Shown here in pieces: positions 39,654 through 53,180 of a stretch of DNA of 64,000 bases; position 1 is the stretch's first letter; every line of letters starts with the position of its first letter. The translations under genes and the position numbers were made by a program. The DNA comes from Haliotis rufescens (lineage: Eukaryota): positions 2,604,001-2,668,000 of the forward strand of contig NW_025964046.1 in NCBI RefSeq assembly GCF_023055435.1, given 5' to 3'. The notes beneath the pieces are model-generated. The model searched no databases. It was not told where the DNA came from and saw nothing but the letters and a program-made list of their open reading frames with translations.

Positions 39654-42213
39654 CTATACTGCTTGTGTCAGAATTCTGTCCCTTACATGGACCCATACAT
39701 CACTGTGAGGATCAGGAAAGTCATCTAGTTGGATGATATCCTCCTCGTCAGTTACATTCAGCAGCAGTTCAGGTAGTCGACCACGGTTCACGTTTCCCAC
39801 CATGAGCAGAATCACTCTGTTAGGGTTGAGGTTGGAAATGTAGTAAGCTGTTGACTTAATGATAAAGTAGGACCAGGGGTCATCCAGGAAATCGTCGGAC
39901 ACAACCAGTACTGTCTTCCAGCTTTTGTTAATACTTTCTACAACATGGTCAGCTACGTAAGGACCAGGTAGGAAATCTCTGTCGGGAAGAATAAGCTTCA
40001 GTCCAAGTAGATCCTCCAGCCCTATACGTAGATCTTGCATTACAAACTGAAGCTCTTCATCCGAGTGGGCTACGTAAGCATCTTTGTTGAAGTTTTGTCT
40101 AGTGACCCGCTGGATCCCACGACCCATGAGGACCAAAATGTGATGTGCAATCCTTGTCCAGTTCCGTGACACCAGCATGGCAGACACAAGTAGAAGAGCT
40201 ATTAAACACATCAGTGTTATAGAGACTGGCAGCCAAAATCGACCTTGACATGAAGTCCAGTGGTAATTAAACTCGTTGTGCACTGTGTGGGTTGTTGTAA
40301 GAGCACCATATTCAGTAACACATGAATAGTTCCCATTGCTGTCAAAGGTAACCGACGATGAAAATATCCACCAAAAACAAGAGAGACTGGCATGAGCAGG
40401 AGAGAGGGTTTCCCTTCAGCCTCAGGACCAGCTTGTTCTTCTGTCCGAGACTCTCCAACATATCCATTGTGTCGTCGTCAAAGTAGGTGATGGAGTTCAC
40501 TGATAGGTCCAGGATGTGCAGGTCAGGCAGGTCATTGTTTTCAAAAGGAACAGACACAAGGTTATTTCTGGACACATTCAGACTAATCAGTGTCCTGATG
40601 GACCCCATATCCATATACCGTATGTCATTCCCTAATATCTCTAAATAACGTAAAGCATGCATCGTCTCTAGTCCCTCCAGTACTGACCCTCCTCTTCTGA
40701 GTGTTTCCTTGTCGAAGCCCATATTGTTCAATGCAAGAGACGTCATATTTGGAAATGAGAGCAAGAAATCTTTTGTCATACCCCTACCTTCATTGCCAGA
40801 AAGATCGACTTCATTTAAGAAGCTCAACCCGTTAATTTGCTTTACAAAGCCCCACGCTCCATTGTAGGACAGATCTAATTTTGCTAAATGTGACGAACCT
40901 GTAATACCCGTTATAAAAAACTCCCCAAAATAACTAGTTATTCCCCTTAATATACAGATACGTAGATTAGGAAGAAAACGTATTCCCGCCCCTACTGATT
41001 CTAACTTTGATACAGAACAATTTTCGGGACTAATTCTGTGCCTATAAAGATTATAGAGTCCGTTGTCAGTCACTTTTATTTGAGATTTTAAACTGCCTTG
41101 TCCTAAGTCATACCTGCGTTTAATAAATTTATGTTGATCAGAAGCATCTAAAAACAACAGATGTTTACATAAACTCATTTGGAGAAATATAGCTTCATCC
41201 CCTAAAATATTGTTATTTGATAAATCTAGATATTTAATACAACGCGAAAGGACAAGTATTGAATTTTCAGCAAGGTAAATAATGTTGTTATAGCTGAGAT
41301 CCAGATGTTCGATGCAAATATGTGTCAGATAAATTAGTGTTTCCTTGGTTATAAGCTGGCTTTGAAGGTTTCGATTTCGACTGACATATTTGTTGGAATT
41401 TCTCATGAGAACTTGAGATACGTTTTTACCATTAAGGCCATAGAACGCACGTAGAGCCATAGCAGTTGGTAAGGTCATTACGTTTTCCAGAACTATTTTG
41501 GAAATATTTTTGAAAGGTAGAAATGCTCCAGCATGAATTGCAAGAAGTTTGGAATCTTTTACATTCAGCACCTGTACAGATGTATTCTCAAAAACGGAGA
41601 ATGTGTGGTTTTGTAAAACGGTAATAGCACTGTAAATACAGTCATCATCAGATCCAGTCCCTATATTCAAAGTTACCAGTTTTTGCAAATACCCAAATCC
41701 ACTTCCAAATATTTCTCGTTGGAACGTATCAATTGTCAGTGTTTCTAAATTTATTAACCATTTGAATATCCAATCCGGAGTAGTTCCTCTTATACGGCAG
41801 TCGTTGTTACCAATGTTCAACCCTGTAAGACTTTGTAGAGGACGGAAGACATCTTCTGGATAGGTCTGATTGTCCAGTTGGAGATTATTGTTATTAAGGC
41901 GTAAACTGAGAAGGAGGAATAAACTTTTAAATGCGTTTGCTTCCAACCGTGATACTTGACAGTTTACAATGTTCAAATACAACAATCGGGGAAGACGCAC
42001 AAACGCCTGGTCCCTGAGAACCGTTATGTTGTTCCCGCTGAGTTCCAGACTGACAGTGTTGGGAGGGAGATCACCAGGAACAGAGGTAAGGTTAAGGTTC
42101 TGACAGTCAACACGGCTGCCACCAAGCTGGGGGTCTGGCTTTATTTGACATGTCTTCTGGCTTGCAGAAGAGGTCACATTTAGTATCAGGATAAGGCCAC
42201 AGATGATCTTCAT
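39654..42213 (-). pseudogene. Toll-like receptor copy 5, frameshifted in LRRCT (623 aa ectodomain plus 209 aa TM-TIR ORF)
   Basis: CCACCAAAAACAA at ~40368-40380 versus CCACCGAACAAACAA in copy 4, a net loss of 2 bp. Confidence 0.85.
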
Positions 42214-43176
42214 TGTGATGGCAATTTGAAATGACCTCAGGTCTGCTCCGTGTTGCAGGTCTTGTTGTCAGTTTTAGTTGGAGCCTGGAATGTTTGAAAA
42301 ATTGGTCACAAGGCTCACGACATCATACATGTCAAAATGCAGTATAATAAAATGTAAACAAGAATGCGCCAAAGTTGCCTTCCTACGAGCATCCACATCG
42401 GATTACACTCAATCAGTCATATGCTTACTTGAGGACTGAACTTAAGTATCAAAGTGATTGCTATGGATGGGGAGTCTGGACTAATTTAACTTTTTGACAG
42501 AACTTCAGTTATACCACGGATTATCAGCATAATGCAACAGTGAGAATCTAAGGGACGGACCATTTGATATTCTGGTGGAGGCCTGGGATTTTTATTCGAG
42601 TCCCTTTACAAGTTTAGTAAAAAAAATGAAACGTTCGCTCGTCATGCCGTACAATGTGTGACCCCCATGTCTGGTGTACCCCACAGTGATATTGCTGGTT
42701 AATTGCGTAAAGCGGCGTTAAATCAAACTCACTCGCATCGCCAGAGAATAACCAAATCCGCACGCACATGTTGCGTCTACGACAGTTAAACTATTGCACA
42801 GGGTAACACTTAATGGTGGGTTCAGCTATCCTAAACCGCTTATATGTCCGTCCGAGAAAGTACGTTTTCACAAACGTTACAGGAAACAAATTTAATGCGA
42901 GTCATCAATACGAAGCCAAAGCAAGCTTTTACAAAACAATAAATTTCCTGAACTGTTTAGTGAAAACACGCATGTTTGGAACAACATAAACCATATTAAT
43001 TTCAATTCATTCCCTGTTGTCCCCTTGCGCAGTGTTTTTGACTTCTATGCGATTACCTCCCTAACATACTGAATTTGATAAACACTGTCTTTCAACAGTA
43101 TGTGAGCGCAGTAGCCTATTCAGGCTTTTTTCTCATCCGATGTCTACATCCTACTACATATAGGACACATTGTAAT

Positions 43177-43309
43177 NNNNNNNNNNNNNNNNNNNNNNNN
43201 NNNNNNNNNNNNNNNNNNNNNNNNNNNNNNNNNNNNNNNNNNNNNNNNNNNNNNNNNNNNNNNNNNNNNNNNNNNNNNNNNNNNNNNNNNNNNNNNNNNN
43301 NNNNNNNNN
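43177..43309. other. 133-N run
   Basis: N bases. Confidence 0.99.
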
Positions 43310-45590
43310 CTCTTCCTCTCTAGCTCTCCCTCCCTCCCCCTCCCTCCCCTCTCTCTCCTCTCTCTTTCACACTCTCTCTCTCTCTCTCTCTCTCAAGCTC
43401 TCTCACTCTGTGTGTGTGAATCAGAGATTCGTATATGTATATTAACAACTAACAGATAAACAATACCCTGTAACATTGGTTTCAATAGACGTACCTGCTA
43501 CCATGCTCCTCGCACTGAATCCAAACAAATCCTCACCTCATTTGTGACCCTGTTTAAGTGAAACTGTAGAACTACTTCCGCCTAACACATACACGTGAAA
43601 CTGTAGAACTACTTCTGCCTAACACATACTGTTGCGTGTTAATGTCCATGTTTCGCTAGGGCTGATGGTTAAAAGGAACAGATGCATTTACCATCATCAT
43701 CTTCGCCTAAATCCAACAATCCCAGTTTTCACAATGATATAAGAACTACTTAAAAAAGGATATGATCATTATTGTTCTAATTAAAATCCTCAAAGTTTTA
43801 TTTTTAAGTCTTACATAACTCAACTTAGTTTCTAAAAAGCCCAGACTCAGCTATGTTAGAAAATACTAGTTTCAATCTTAAACACCTCATTGGCGAAAAT
43901 AACAGTGTTTTGTATTTAACATGTTCTACCTGATTTTACTATAAAAGATTTGTGTCATAACAATATTTATGAACGAAATTATGCCAATGAATACAACTTC
44001 TTATGGTAGGCTGGCTTAAAAAGCAGGAGCTTATGTTGAAACTACGTTTGGGAATGTATTGGGCATTGTCCAATGCGGGCGAAATCTATTTGCTTGGCTG
44101 GCCAGTGTTAGATTTACAAATTTAGTCACTGGCATCTAAATGCGGAGTCAGGATTTTAGAAAATATGTATATTTTCGAAATAGTATGAAGTATCATGATT
44201 GAAATAGGTTTCATAATATTTTATTTCTTAAAAAAAGAATTCTTCCCATTCTATTTCATAAAATGTCAAAGTTTATGTCTATTTGGTAACTACGTACTCC
44301 AGTCTGTTTCGTTTTTTTCAATGATCATAGTTTTCGTTTTTCCCGGTGTTCTCCACACATAGCCCACGTGAGGTCCATGTGGGGTTTGACATTTTTACGA
44401 TATGGCAGCAAAAAATCATAATTTCCCCGTTATAATCGCACGATGTTTGTTTAATATCAGTCTGCAACCCAATCTGTGCCCCACCACGAAAACAATGACG
44501 TAGCACTCACCTGACCTATCACGTATCACACCTGTGAACCTAGTACAACCTACTACGTAGCACACACCTGTACACACTTGACATTCACAATGGCGGAATA
44601 TTTGATGATTTTTGATCTGAATAGTTTCGTGAATACTGTACATAAATGACAAACGACTATATCAGGTGAAATTACATTTAATTTCTCAATTATTCTCACC
44701 TTATACAAATAATAATTGTCTTTGACGACATGAATCTTAAGCTCAGATTGTTAATCGCTAAAAATGCGATGTAACGTGCGTATTGTTGAAACACTGAGTC
44801 TCCGGAGAAGTGAATTGCCATTTTTCTGTAATGTCATTTTACCAAAATAGAATTCTTCGATATTTATCGATTATTGATCGATATGTGACTACCGATAATC
44901 GATCTGAGTAATCCATAACGATAACCAGCCCTAGAAATTATAAGATGTATATCACGGCGGGAATAAAGTAGAGAAATACTTCTGGAAAATATGCTTCCTT
45001 GTTTGGGTTGGAATAACAGTAAAACCAATTACCAGGGTTCGTGTTCGTCCTCGTTATTTCTGACTCCCGTGTGAAAAATCAGTATCGGACTCTATAAGGA
45101 CAAATACTTGTAACACACTTAACATAACGATTCTTTCAATAGGCGTACCTGCTACGACGTTTCTCACAAGGAATAAACAAAGCCCTTACCCCTCTCGTGT
45201 CCTGGTTGAGGCTGGTTGATAAACATTTCCAAACCCAATGCTAGTGACATCCTGCTGCACATAGGACACATACTGATTCTTCGGATAGTGTGTATAACAT
45301 AACATTTGCTTCAATAGACGTTCCTGCTCTCATGTTCCTCGCGTTGGGTGACCATGGTTATGTGCAACTGGTGTATAAATACTTGTGCGTTGATGTGTGT
45401 ACAATGTACATATATTGCGAGGGCTGAGTCATCTCAAAGCATAGGATTTTGTAAGAGGTGGATGTGGCACATATTGCACATGATGAAACTAACCTTCAGT
45501 GAATGTATGTGTTTACACAAGGGCGCCGTATTCTGGCTGTTTGTGTGTGCGCGTCATAAGACCATTTCAGCTGAGGGCAGTTGAGGGGGC

Positions 45591-47993
45591 ATGCAAGTAT
45601 TTCAACAACATGTGGTGGGACGAGTACTTCAACAGCATGTGGTTGGACGGGTATTTCAACAAGATGTGGTCGGACGAGTATTTCAACAACAGGGGATCGG
45701 ACGACTGTTTCAACAACAAGGGGTCAGACAAGTATTTCAACAACAGGGGGTCAGACGTATATTTCAACAACAGGGGATCGGACGACTGTTTCAACAACAG
45801 GGGGTCCAACGTATATTTAAAAAAAAGGGGTGTCAGACGTATATTTCAACAACAGGGGGGTCACACGTATATTTCAACAACAGGGGTAAGACGTATATTT
45901 CAACAACAGGGGGTGTGACGTATGTTTCAACAACAGGGTTCAGGCATTTTATTTTAACAATAGGGGGTCGGACGTCTATTTCAAAAACAGGGGGTCAGAC
46001 GTATATTTCAACAACAGGTGGTCAGACGTATATTTCAAGAACAGGGGGTCAGACGTATGTCAACAACAGGGGCTCAGACAAGTATTTCAACAACAGGGGG
46101 TCAGACAAGTATTTCAAAAACAGGGGGTAAGACGTATATTTCAAAAACAAGGGGTCTGACGTATATTTCCAAAACAGGGGGTCAGACGTATATTTCAACA
46201 ACAGGGGGTCTGACGTATATTTCAACAACAAGGGGTCTGACGTACGTTTCAACAACAGGGGGTAAGACATTTTATCTCAACAAGAGGAGGTCAGACGTTT
46301 ATTTCAACAACAGGTGGTCAGACGTTTATTTCAAAAACAGGGGGTCAGACGTTTATTTCAACAACAGGGGGTCACACGTATATTTTAACAACAAGGGGTC
46401 AGACAAGTATTTCAAGAACAGGGGGTCAGACGTATATTTCAACAACAGGGGGTCAGACGTTTATTTCAAAAACAGGGGGTCAGACGAATATTTCAACAAC
46501 AGGGGGTCTGACGTATTTTTCAAAAACAGGGGGTCAGACGTATATTTCAACAACAGAGGGTCTGACGTATATTTCAACAACAGGGGCTCAGACAAGTATT
46601 TTAAAAACAGGGGGTCAGACGTTTATTTGAACAACAGGGGGTCAGAGGTTTATTTCAAAAACAGGGGGGGGGGGGGGGGGGGGGGGGGTCACACGTATAT
46701 TTCAACAACAGGGGGTCAGACAAGTATTTCAAGAACAGGGGGTCAGACGTATATTTCAACAACAGGGGGTTCAGACGTTTATTTCAAAAACAGGGGGTCA
46801 GACGTACATTTCAACAACAGGGGGTCTGACGTATATTTCAACAACATGGGCTCGGAAAAGTATTTCAAGAACAGGGGTTCAGACGTATATTTCAACAACA
46901 GGGGGTAAGACGTACGTTTATTTCAACAACAGGGGGTCATATGTATATTTCACCAACAGGGGGTCAGACGTTTATTTCAAAAACAGGGGGTCAGACGTAT
47001 ATTTCAACAACAAGGGGTCAAACATATATTTCAACAACAGGGCTCAGACGTTTATTTCAACAACAGGGGGTCAGACGTTTATTTGAAAAACAGGGGTTCA
47101 GACGTATATTTCAACAACAGGGGGTCAGATGTTTATTTCAACAACAGGGGGTCAGACGTATATTTCAACAACAGGGTGTCAGACGTATATTTCAACAACA
47201 GGGTGTCAGACGTTTATTTCAACAACAGGGGGTCAGACGTATATTTCAACAACAGGGGGTCAGACGTATATTTCAACAACAGGGTGTCAGACGTATATTT
47301 CAACAACAGGGGGTCAGACGTATATTTCAACAACGGGGTGGTCAGACGTATATTTCAACAACAGGGGGTCAGACGTATATTTCAACAACAGGGGGTCAGA
47401 CGTATATTTCAACAACAGGGGGTCACACGTATATTTCAACAACAGGGTGTCAGATGTATATTTCAACAACAGGGGTCAGACGTATATTTCAACAACAGGG
47501 GGTCAGACGTATATTTCAAAAACAGGTGGTCAGACGTATATTTCAACAACAGGGGGTCAGACGTATATTTCAACAACAGGGGGTCAGACGTATATTTCAA
47601 CAACAGGGGCTCAGACGTATATTTCAACAACAGGTGCTCAGACAAGTATTTCAAGAACAGGGGTACAGACGTATATTTCAACAACAGGGGGTAAGATGTT
47701 TATTTAAAAAAAACAGGGGGTCAGACGTATATTTCAACAACAGGGGTGAGACGTTTATTTCAACAACAGGGTGGTCACATGTATATTTCAACAACATGGG
47801 GTATGACGTATATTTCAACAACAGGTGGTCAGACGTATATTTCACCAACAGGGGGTCAGATGTATATTTCAAGAACAGGGGGTCAGACGTTTATTTCAAA
47901 AACAGGGGGGTCAGACGTATATTTCAACAACAGGGGTCAGACGTATATTTCAACAACAGGGGGTCAGACGTATATTTCAACAACATTGGGACG
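45591..47993. repeat. 27-bp minisatellite array 5 (~2.4 kb, different variant order)
   Basis: Same unit; long poly-G near 46664-46688. Confidence 0.95.
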
Positions 47994-48859
47994 TGTAAGG
48001 ATCGGAATAAATTTCAATGTCAATTCATCCAAGATCAAAAGTTTTATTCACATTCTCATTTCCATTCTCATTCTCAATTGTACATATGTCATATGTCAAA
48101 CATCATATTTCATGGAGAATATAATTCAATTTTATTGTTAGTTCATGTTCAAATAAAGTTCATAATATTTATCACATCTTATCATCATCAATTATTAACA
48201 AATACCCAAAACCTTATCCTCGATCGAGTTGGAAGATTGACTGCAAAGGAAAAATAAACAATAATAAGTTTGCAGTTCCATATGTAAACAAAACAATAAC
48301 AAAGTAGAAAAATTACTGAAACAACAAAAGTTGACAAAAGACATTAAATTGTACCAAAATAATTACAAGAGCTTTTGCACAGAAAGAAAATGCATAATAT
48401 AATGTTATATGATGCAATTTAAATTGAAAATACTTGATGAAAATACAACTTTAAATTAACTAGAATGTAAACATTAGTGATTGAAAACTGAACACATTTT
48501 CTTTACGTCAGAAAAATAAGTTACAAATACAACATTTTGGGAATTAAAATTGCTACAGAAATATATTGACAATGGAAAAGAAATGCATGAAAACACACCA
48601 TTTTGGCAGACCCATATTCTTTTAATTCATTCTTTTCTTATTTTTGACCGCATGGGTCCTAATTCTCTCAATCCATTAACTAAAAAGCATGGCATGAAGC
48701 CTTAACAGGCTTACCTCCCTTGGTATCCTGAAGCATACATAAAATAACACTCTTTTTACTGTTAAATTTGGAATGAAAATTGAAGAACATTTTAAACTTT
48801 AATAATTTGGAAAAAATAATAAAAATTATTTTAGAGATGCTATTTTTTTTACCGTAACA
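47994..48859. mobile_element. Solo-LTR-like TGT...ACA element, SINE-free copy (866 bp)
   Basis: Same termini and TSD; empty SINE site TCATGTTCAAATAAAG near 48143. Confidence 0.7.
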
Positions 48860-49273
48860 GGACGAGTATTTCGACAACATGTGTTGGGACGAGTATTTCA
48901 ACAACATGTGGTGGAACGGTTATTTCGACAACAGGGGGGGGGGGCAGACGAGTATTTCAACATGTGTTTGGACGAGTATTTCAACAACATGTGTTTGGAC
49001 CAGTATTTCGGGGCACTCAGCCATCAGATTCCATCTCTCTGGCAACACAGGGATGCAACCTTCGGGAAATAGGTTGCCCAATTTCGCCATCTCTTTCAAC
49101 CAGCAGGTGGATAAAAGGGGCAACCCCCAGTCCCTGGGTCCCCACGGGCAAATAGTATAAGTATATTTCATGCAGTAACTGTTCAAATAAATAACATAGT
49201 TTGGATATGACAGAACCAGATGATTTATACTACACAAAAAGGGTTTTAGTCAGTGACATATTTTGCATTCAAC

Positions 49274-51835
49274 CTATACTGCTTGTGTCAGAATTCTGTC
49301 CCTTACATGGACCCATACATCACTGTGAGGATCAGGGAAGTCATCAAGTTGGATGATATCCTCCTCGTCAGTTACATTCAGCAGCAGTTCAGGAAGTCGA
49401 CCACGGTTCACGTTTCCCACCATGAGCAGAATCACTCTGTTAGGGTTGAGGTTGGAAATGTAGTAAGCTGTTGACTTAATGATAAAGTAGGACCAGGGGT
49501 CATCCAGGAAATCGTCGGACACAACCAGTACTGTCTTCCAGCTTTTGTTAATGCTTTCTACAACATGGTCAGCTACAAACTGACCAGGTAGGAAATCTCT
49601 GTGGGGCAGAATAAGCTTCAGTCCAAGTAGATCCTCCAGTCCTATACGTAGATCTTGCATAACAAACTGAAGCTCTTCATCCGAGTGGGCTACGTAAGCA
49701 TCTTTGTTGAAGTTTTGTCTAGTGACCCGCTGGATCCCACGACCCATGAGTACCAAAATGTGATGTGCAATCCTTGTCCAGTTCCGTGACACCAGCATGG
49801 CAGACACAAGTAGAAGAGCTATTAAACACATCAGTGTTATGGAGACTGGCAGCCAAAATCGACCTTGACATGAAGTCCAGTGGTAATTAAACTCGTTGTA
49901 CACTGTGTGGGTTGTTGTAAGAGCACCATATTCAGTAACACATGAATAGTTCCCATTGCTGTCAAAGGTAACCGACGATGAAAATATCCACCGAACAAAC
50001 AAGAGAGAATGGCATGAGCAGGAGAGAGGGTTTCCCTTCAGCCTCAGGACCAGCTTGTTCTTCTGTCCGAGACTCTCCAACATATCCATTGTGTCGTCGT
50101 CAAAGTAGGTGATGGAGTTCACTGATAGGTCCAGGATGTGCAGGTCAGGCAGGTCATTGTGTTCAAAAGGAACAGACACAAGGTTATTTCTGGACACATT
50201 CAGACTGATCAGTGTCCTGATTGAACCCATATCCATATACCGTATGTCATTCCCTACTATATCTAAATAACGTAAAGCATGCATCGTCTTTAGTCCCTCC
50301 AGTACTGACCCTCCTCTTCTGAGTGTTTCCTTGTCGAAACCCATATTGTTCAATGCAAGAGACGTCATATTTGGAAATGAGAGCAAGAAATCTTTTGTCA
50401 TCCCCCTACCTTCATTGCCAGAAAGATCGACTTCATTTAAGAAGCTCAACCCGTTAATTTGCTTTACAAAGCCCCATGCTCCATTGTAGGACAGATCTAA
50501 TTTTGCTAAATGTGCCGAACCTGTAATACCCGTTATAAAAAACTCCCCAAAATAACGAGTTATTCCACTTAATATACAGATACGTAGATTAGGAGGAAAA
50601 CGTATTCCCGCCCCTACTGATTCTAACTTTGATACAGAACAATTTTCGGGACTAATTCTGTGCCTATAAAGATTATAGAGTCCGTTTTCAGTCACTTTAA
50701 ACTGAGAGTTTAAATTGCCTTGTCCTAAGTCATACCTGCGTTTATTAAATTTACTTTGACCAGAAGCATCTAAAAACAACAGATTTTTACATAAACTCAT
50801 TTGGAAAAATATAAATGTATTCCCCAAAATATTGTTATTTGACAAATCTAGATATTTTATGCAACGCGAAATGATTAGAAGGAAGTTTTCGTCAAGGTAA
50901 ATAATGTGGCTATAGCTGAGATCCAGATGTTCGATGCAAATATGTGTCAGATAAATTAGTGTTTCCTTGGTTATAAGCTGGCTTTGAAGGTTTCGATTTA
51001 GACTGACATATTTGTTGGAATTTCTCATGAGAACTTGAGATACGTTTTTACCATTAAGGCCATAGAACGCACGTAGAGCCATAGCAGTTGGTAAGGTCAT
51101 TACGTTTTCCAGAACTATTTTGGAAATATTTTTGAAAGGTAGAAATGCTCCAGCATGAATTGCAAGAAGTTTGGAATCTTTTACATTCAGCACCTGTACA
51201 GATGTATTCTCAAAAACGGAGAATGTGTGGTTTTGCAAAACGGTAATAGCACTGTAAATACAGTCATCATCAGATCCAGTCCCTATATTCAAAGTTACCA
51301 GTTTTTGCAAATACCCAAATCCACTTCCAAATATTTCTCGTTGGAACGTATCAATTGTCAGTGTTTCTAAATGTATTAACCATTTGAATATCCAATCCGG
51401 AGTAGTTCCTCTTATACGGCAGTCGTTGTTACCAATGTTCAACTCTGTAAGACTTTGTAGAGGACGGAAGACATCTTCTGGATAGGTGTGATTGTCCAGT
51501 TGGAGATTATTGTTATTAAGGCGTAAACTGAGAAGGAGGAATAAACTTTTAAATGCGTTTGCTTCCAACCGTGATACTTGACAGTTTACAATGTTCAAAT
51601 ACAACAATCGGGGAAGACGCACAAACGCCTGGTCCCTGAGAACCGTTATGTTGTTCCCGCTGAGATCCAGACTGACAGTGTTGGGAGGGAGATCACCAGG
51701 AACAGAGGTAAGGTTGAGGTTCTGACAGTCAACACGGCTGCCACCAAGCTGGGGGTCTGGCTTTATTTGACATGTCTTCTGGCTTGTAGAAGAGGTCACA
51801 GTTAGTGTCAGGATAAGGCCACAGATGATCTTCAT
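49274..51835 (-). CDS. Toll-like receptor copy 6, intact, 853 aa
   Basis: Full LRR-TM-TIR ORF; BB-loop variant RDFLPGQF. Confidence 0.95.
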   Translation of the reverse strand: MKIICGLILTLTVTSSTSQKTCQIKPDPQLGGSRVDCQNLNLTSVPGDLPPNTVSLDLSGNNITVLRDQAFVRLPRLLYLNIVNCQVSRLEANAFKSLFLLLSLRLNNNNLQLDNHTYPEDVFRPLQSLTELNIGNNDCRIRGTTPDWIFKWLIHLETLTIDTFQREIFGSGFGYLQKLVTLNIGTGSDDDCIYSAITVLQNHTFSVFENTSVQVLNVKDSKLLAIHAGAFLPFKNISKIVLENVMTLPTAMALRAFYGLNGKNVSQVLMRNSNKYVSLNRNLQSQLITKETLIYLTHICIEHLDLSYSHIIYLDENFLLIISRCIKYLDLSNNNILGNTFIFFQMSLCKNLLFLDASGQSKFNKRRYDLGQGNLNSQFKVTENGLYNLYRHRISPENCSVSKLESVGAGIRFPPNLRICILSGITRYFGEFFITGITGSAHLAKLDLSYNGAWGFVKQINGLSFLNEVDLSGNEGRGMTKDFLLSFPNMTSLALNNMGFDKETLRRGGSVLEGLKTMHALRYLDIVGNDIRYMDMGSIRTLISLNVSRNNLVSVPFEHNDLPDLHILDLSVNSITYFDDDTMDMLESLGQKNKLVLRLKGNPLSCSCHSLLFVRWIFSSSVTFDSNGNYSCVTEYGALTTTHTVYNEFNYHWTSCQGRFWLPVSITLMCLIALLLVSAMLVSRNWTRIAHHILVLMGRGIQRVTRQNFNKDAYVAHSDEELQFVMQDLRIGLEDLLGLKLILPHRDFLPGQFVADHVVESINKSWKTVLVVSDDFLDDPWSYFIIKSTAYYISNLNPNRVILLMVGNVNRGRLPELLLNVTDEEDIIQLDDFPDPHSDVWVHVRDRILTQAV

Positions 51836-52944
51836 TGTGGAGGCAGTTTGAAATGACCTCAGGTCTGTTCCGTGTTGCAGTTCTTGTTGTCAGTTTTAGT
51901 TGGAGCCTGGAATGTTTGAAAAATTGGGTCACAAGGCTCCCGACATCATACATGTCAAAATGCAGTATAATAAAATGTAAACAAGAATGCGCCAAAGTTG
52001 CCTTCCAACGAGCATCCACATCGGATTACACTCAATCAGTCATATGCTTACTTGAGGACTGAACTTAAGTATCAAAGTGATTGCTATGGATGGGGAGTCT
52101 GGACTAATATAACTTTTTGACAGAACTTCAGTTATACCACGGATTATCAGCATAATACAACAGTGAGAATCTAAGGGACGGACCATTTGATATTCTGGTG
52201 GAGGCCTGGGATTTTTATTCGAGTCCATTTAACTTTACAAATTTTGAAGTCCCGGGGTTTTATACCCGACATGGGTACAGCGGGTGAAGCCCATGTCTGG
52301 TGTACCCCGCAGTGATATTGCTGGAATATTGCGTAAAGCGGCGAAAAATCAAACTCGATCTTCCAACCAAACCCGCACGCACATGTTGCGTCAACGACAG
52401 TTAAACTATCGCACAAGGTAACACTTTATGGTGGGTTTAGCTATCCTAAACCCCTTATATGTAATCGTCCCTCCGAGAAAGTAAATTTTCACAAACTTTA
52501 CAGGGAACAAATTTAATGGGAGGCATCAACACGACGCGAAAGGAGGCCTTTACTGAACAATAATTTCCCTGAATTGTTCAGTGAAAACACGCATGTTTGA
52601 AACAATATAAACCATATTAATTTCAATTCATTCCCTGTTGTAATCTTACACCATGTTTTTTACTTCTATGCGATTACCTCCCTTACATACTGAATTTGAT
52701 AAACACTGTCTTTCAATAGTATGTGAGTGCAGTAGCCTATGCAGGCCGGAACTTGATCAAGCTGCATCTCCTTAGTGATGGCCCGACAAGTAGGTACGTA
52801 TCCCAGTTATTATTGATGTAAATATAAACCTGTGTCTTCTCTGGTAGGCAATTACAAACTATGGCATTTCGTTACTGATTCCGAGCTTGCTACCGATTCA
52901 GCCTCTTGGGCATTAGCCCAGATTGAACATTTTTAGAAGTCATT

Positions 52945-53180
52945 GTAGTAGATAGAGCGTCTATCCAGAGAGCTGAAGGTCGGTGGTTCGATACCTGATA
53001 ACGTCATACCAAATGACGTCATAAGGTGGTACTTGTTGTTACCCTGTCTGGCGCTATGTATTAAGGAGCTAAAACAAGGACAGGTCGCCTTGGAGTCAGT
53101 ATACTGTGTCTGAGTTGGGTATCCATGTTAAATCGTGGCATGGTGTCTCAGTTGGCTAACACCCTAAAAACTGCATAAAT
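52945..53180 (+). mobile_element. Degenerate tRNA-derived SINE with a MetaSINE-like central domain
   Basis: B box GGTTCGATACC followed by GTCATACCAAA...GGTACTTG...CCCTGTCTGGCGCT...ATTAAGG; family assignment from memory, not searched. Confidence 0.5.
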
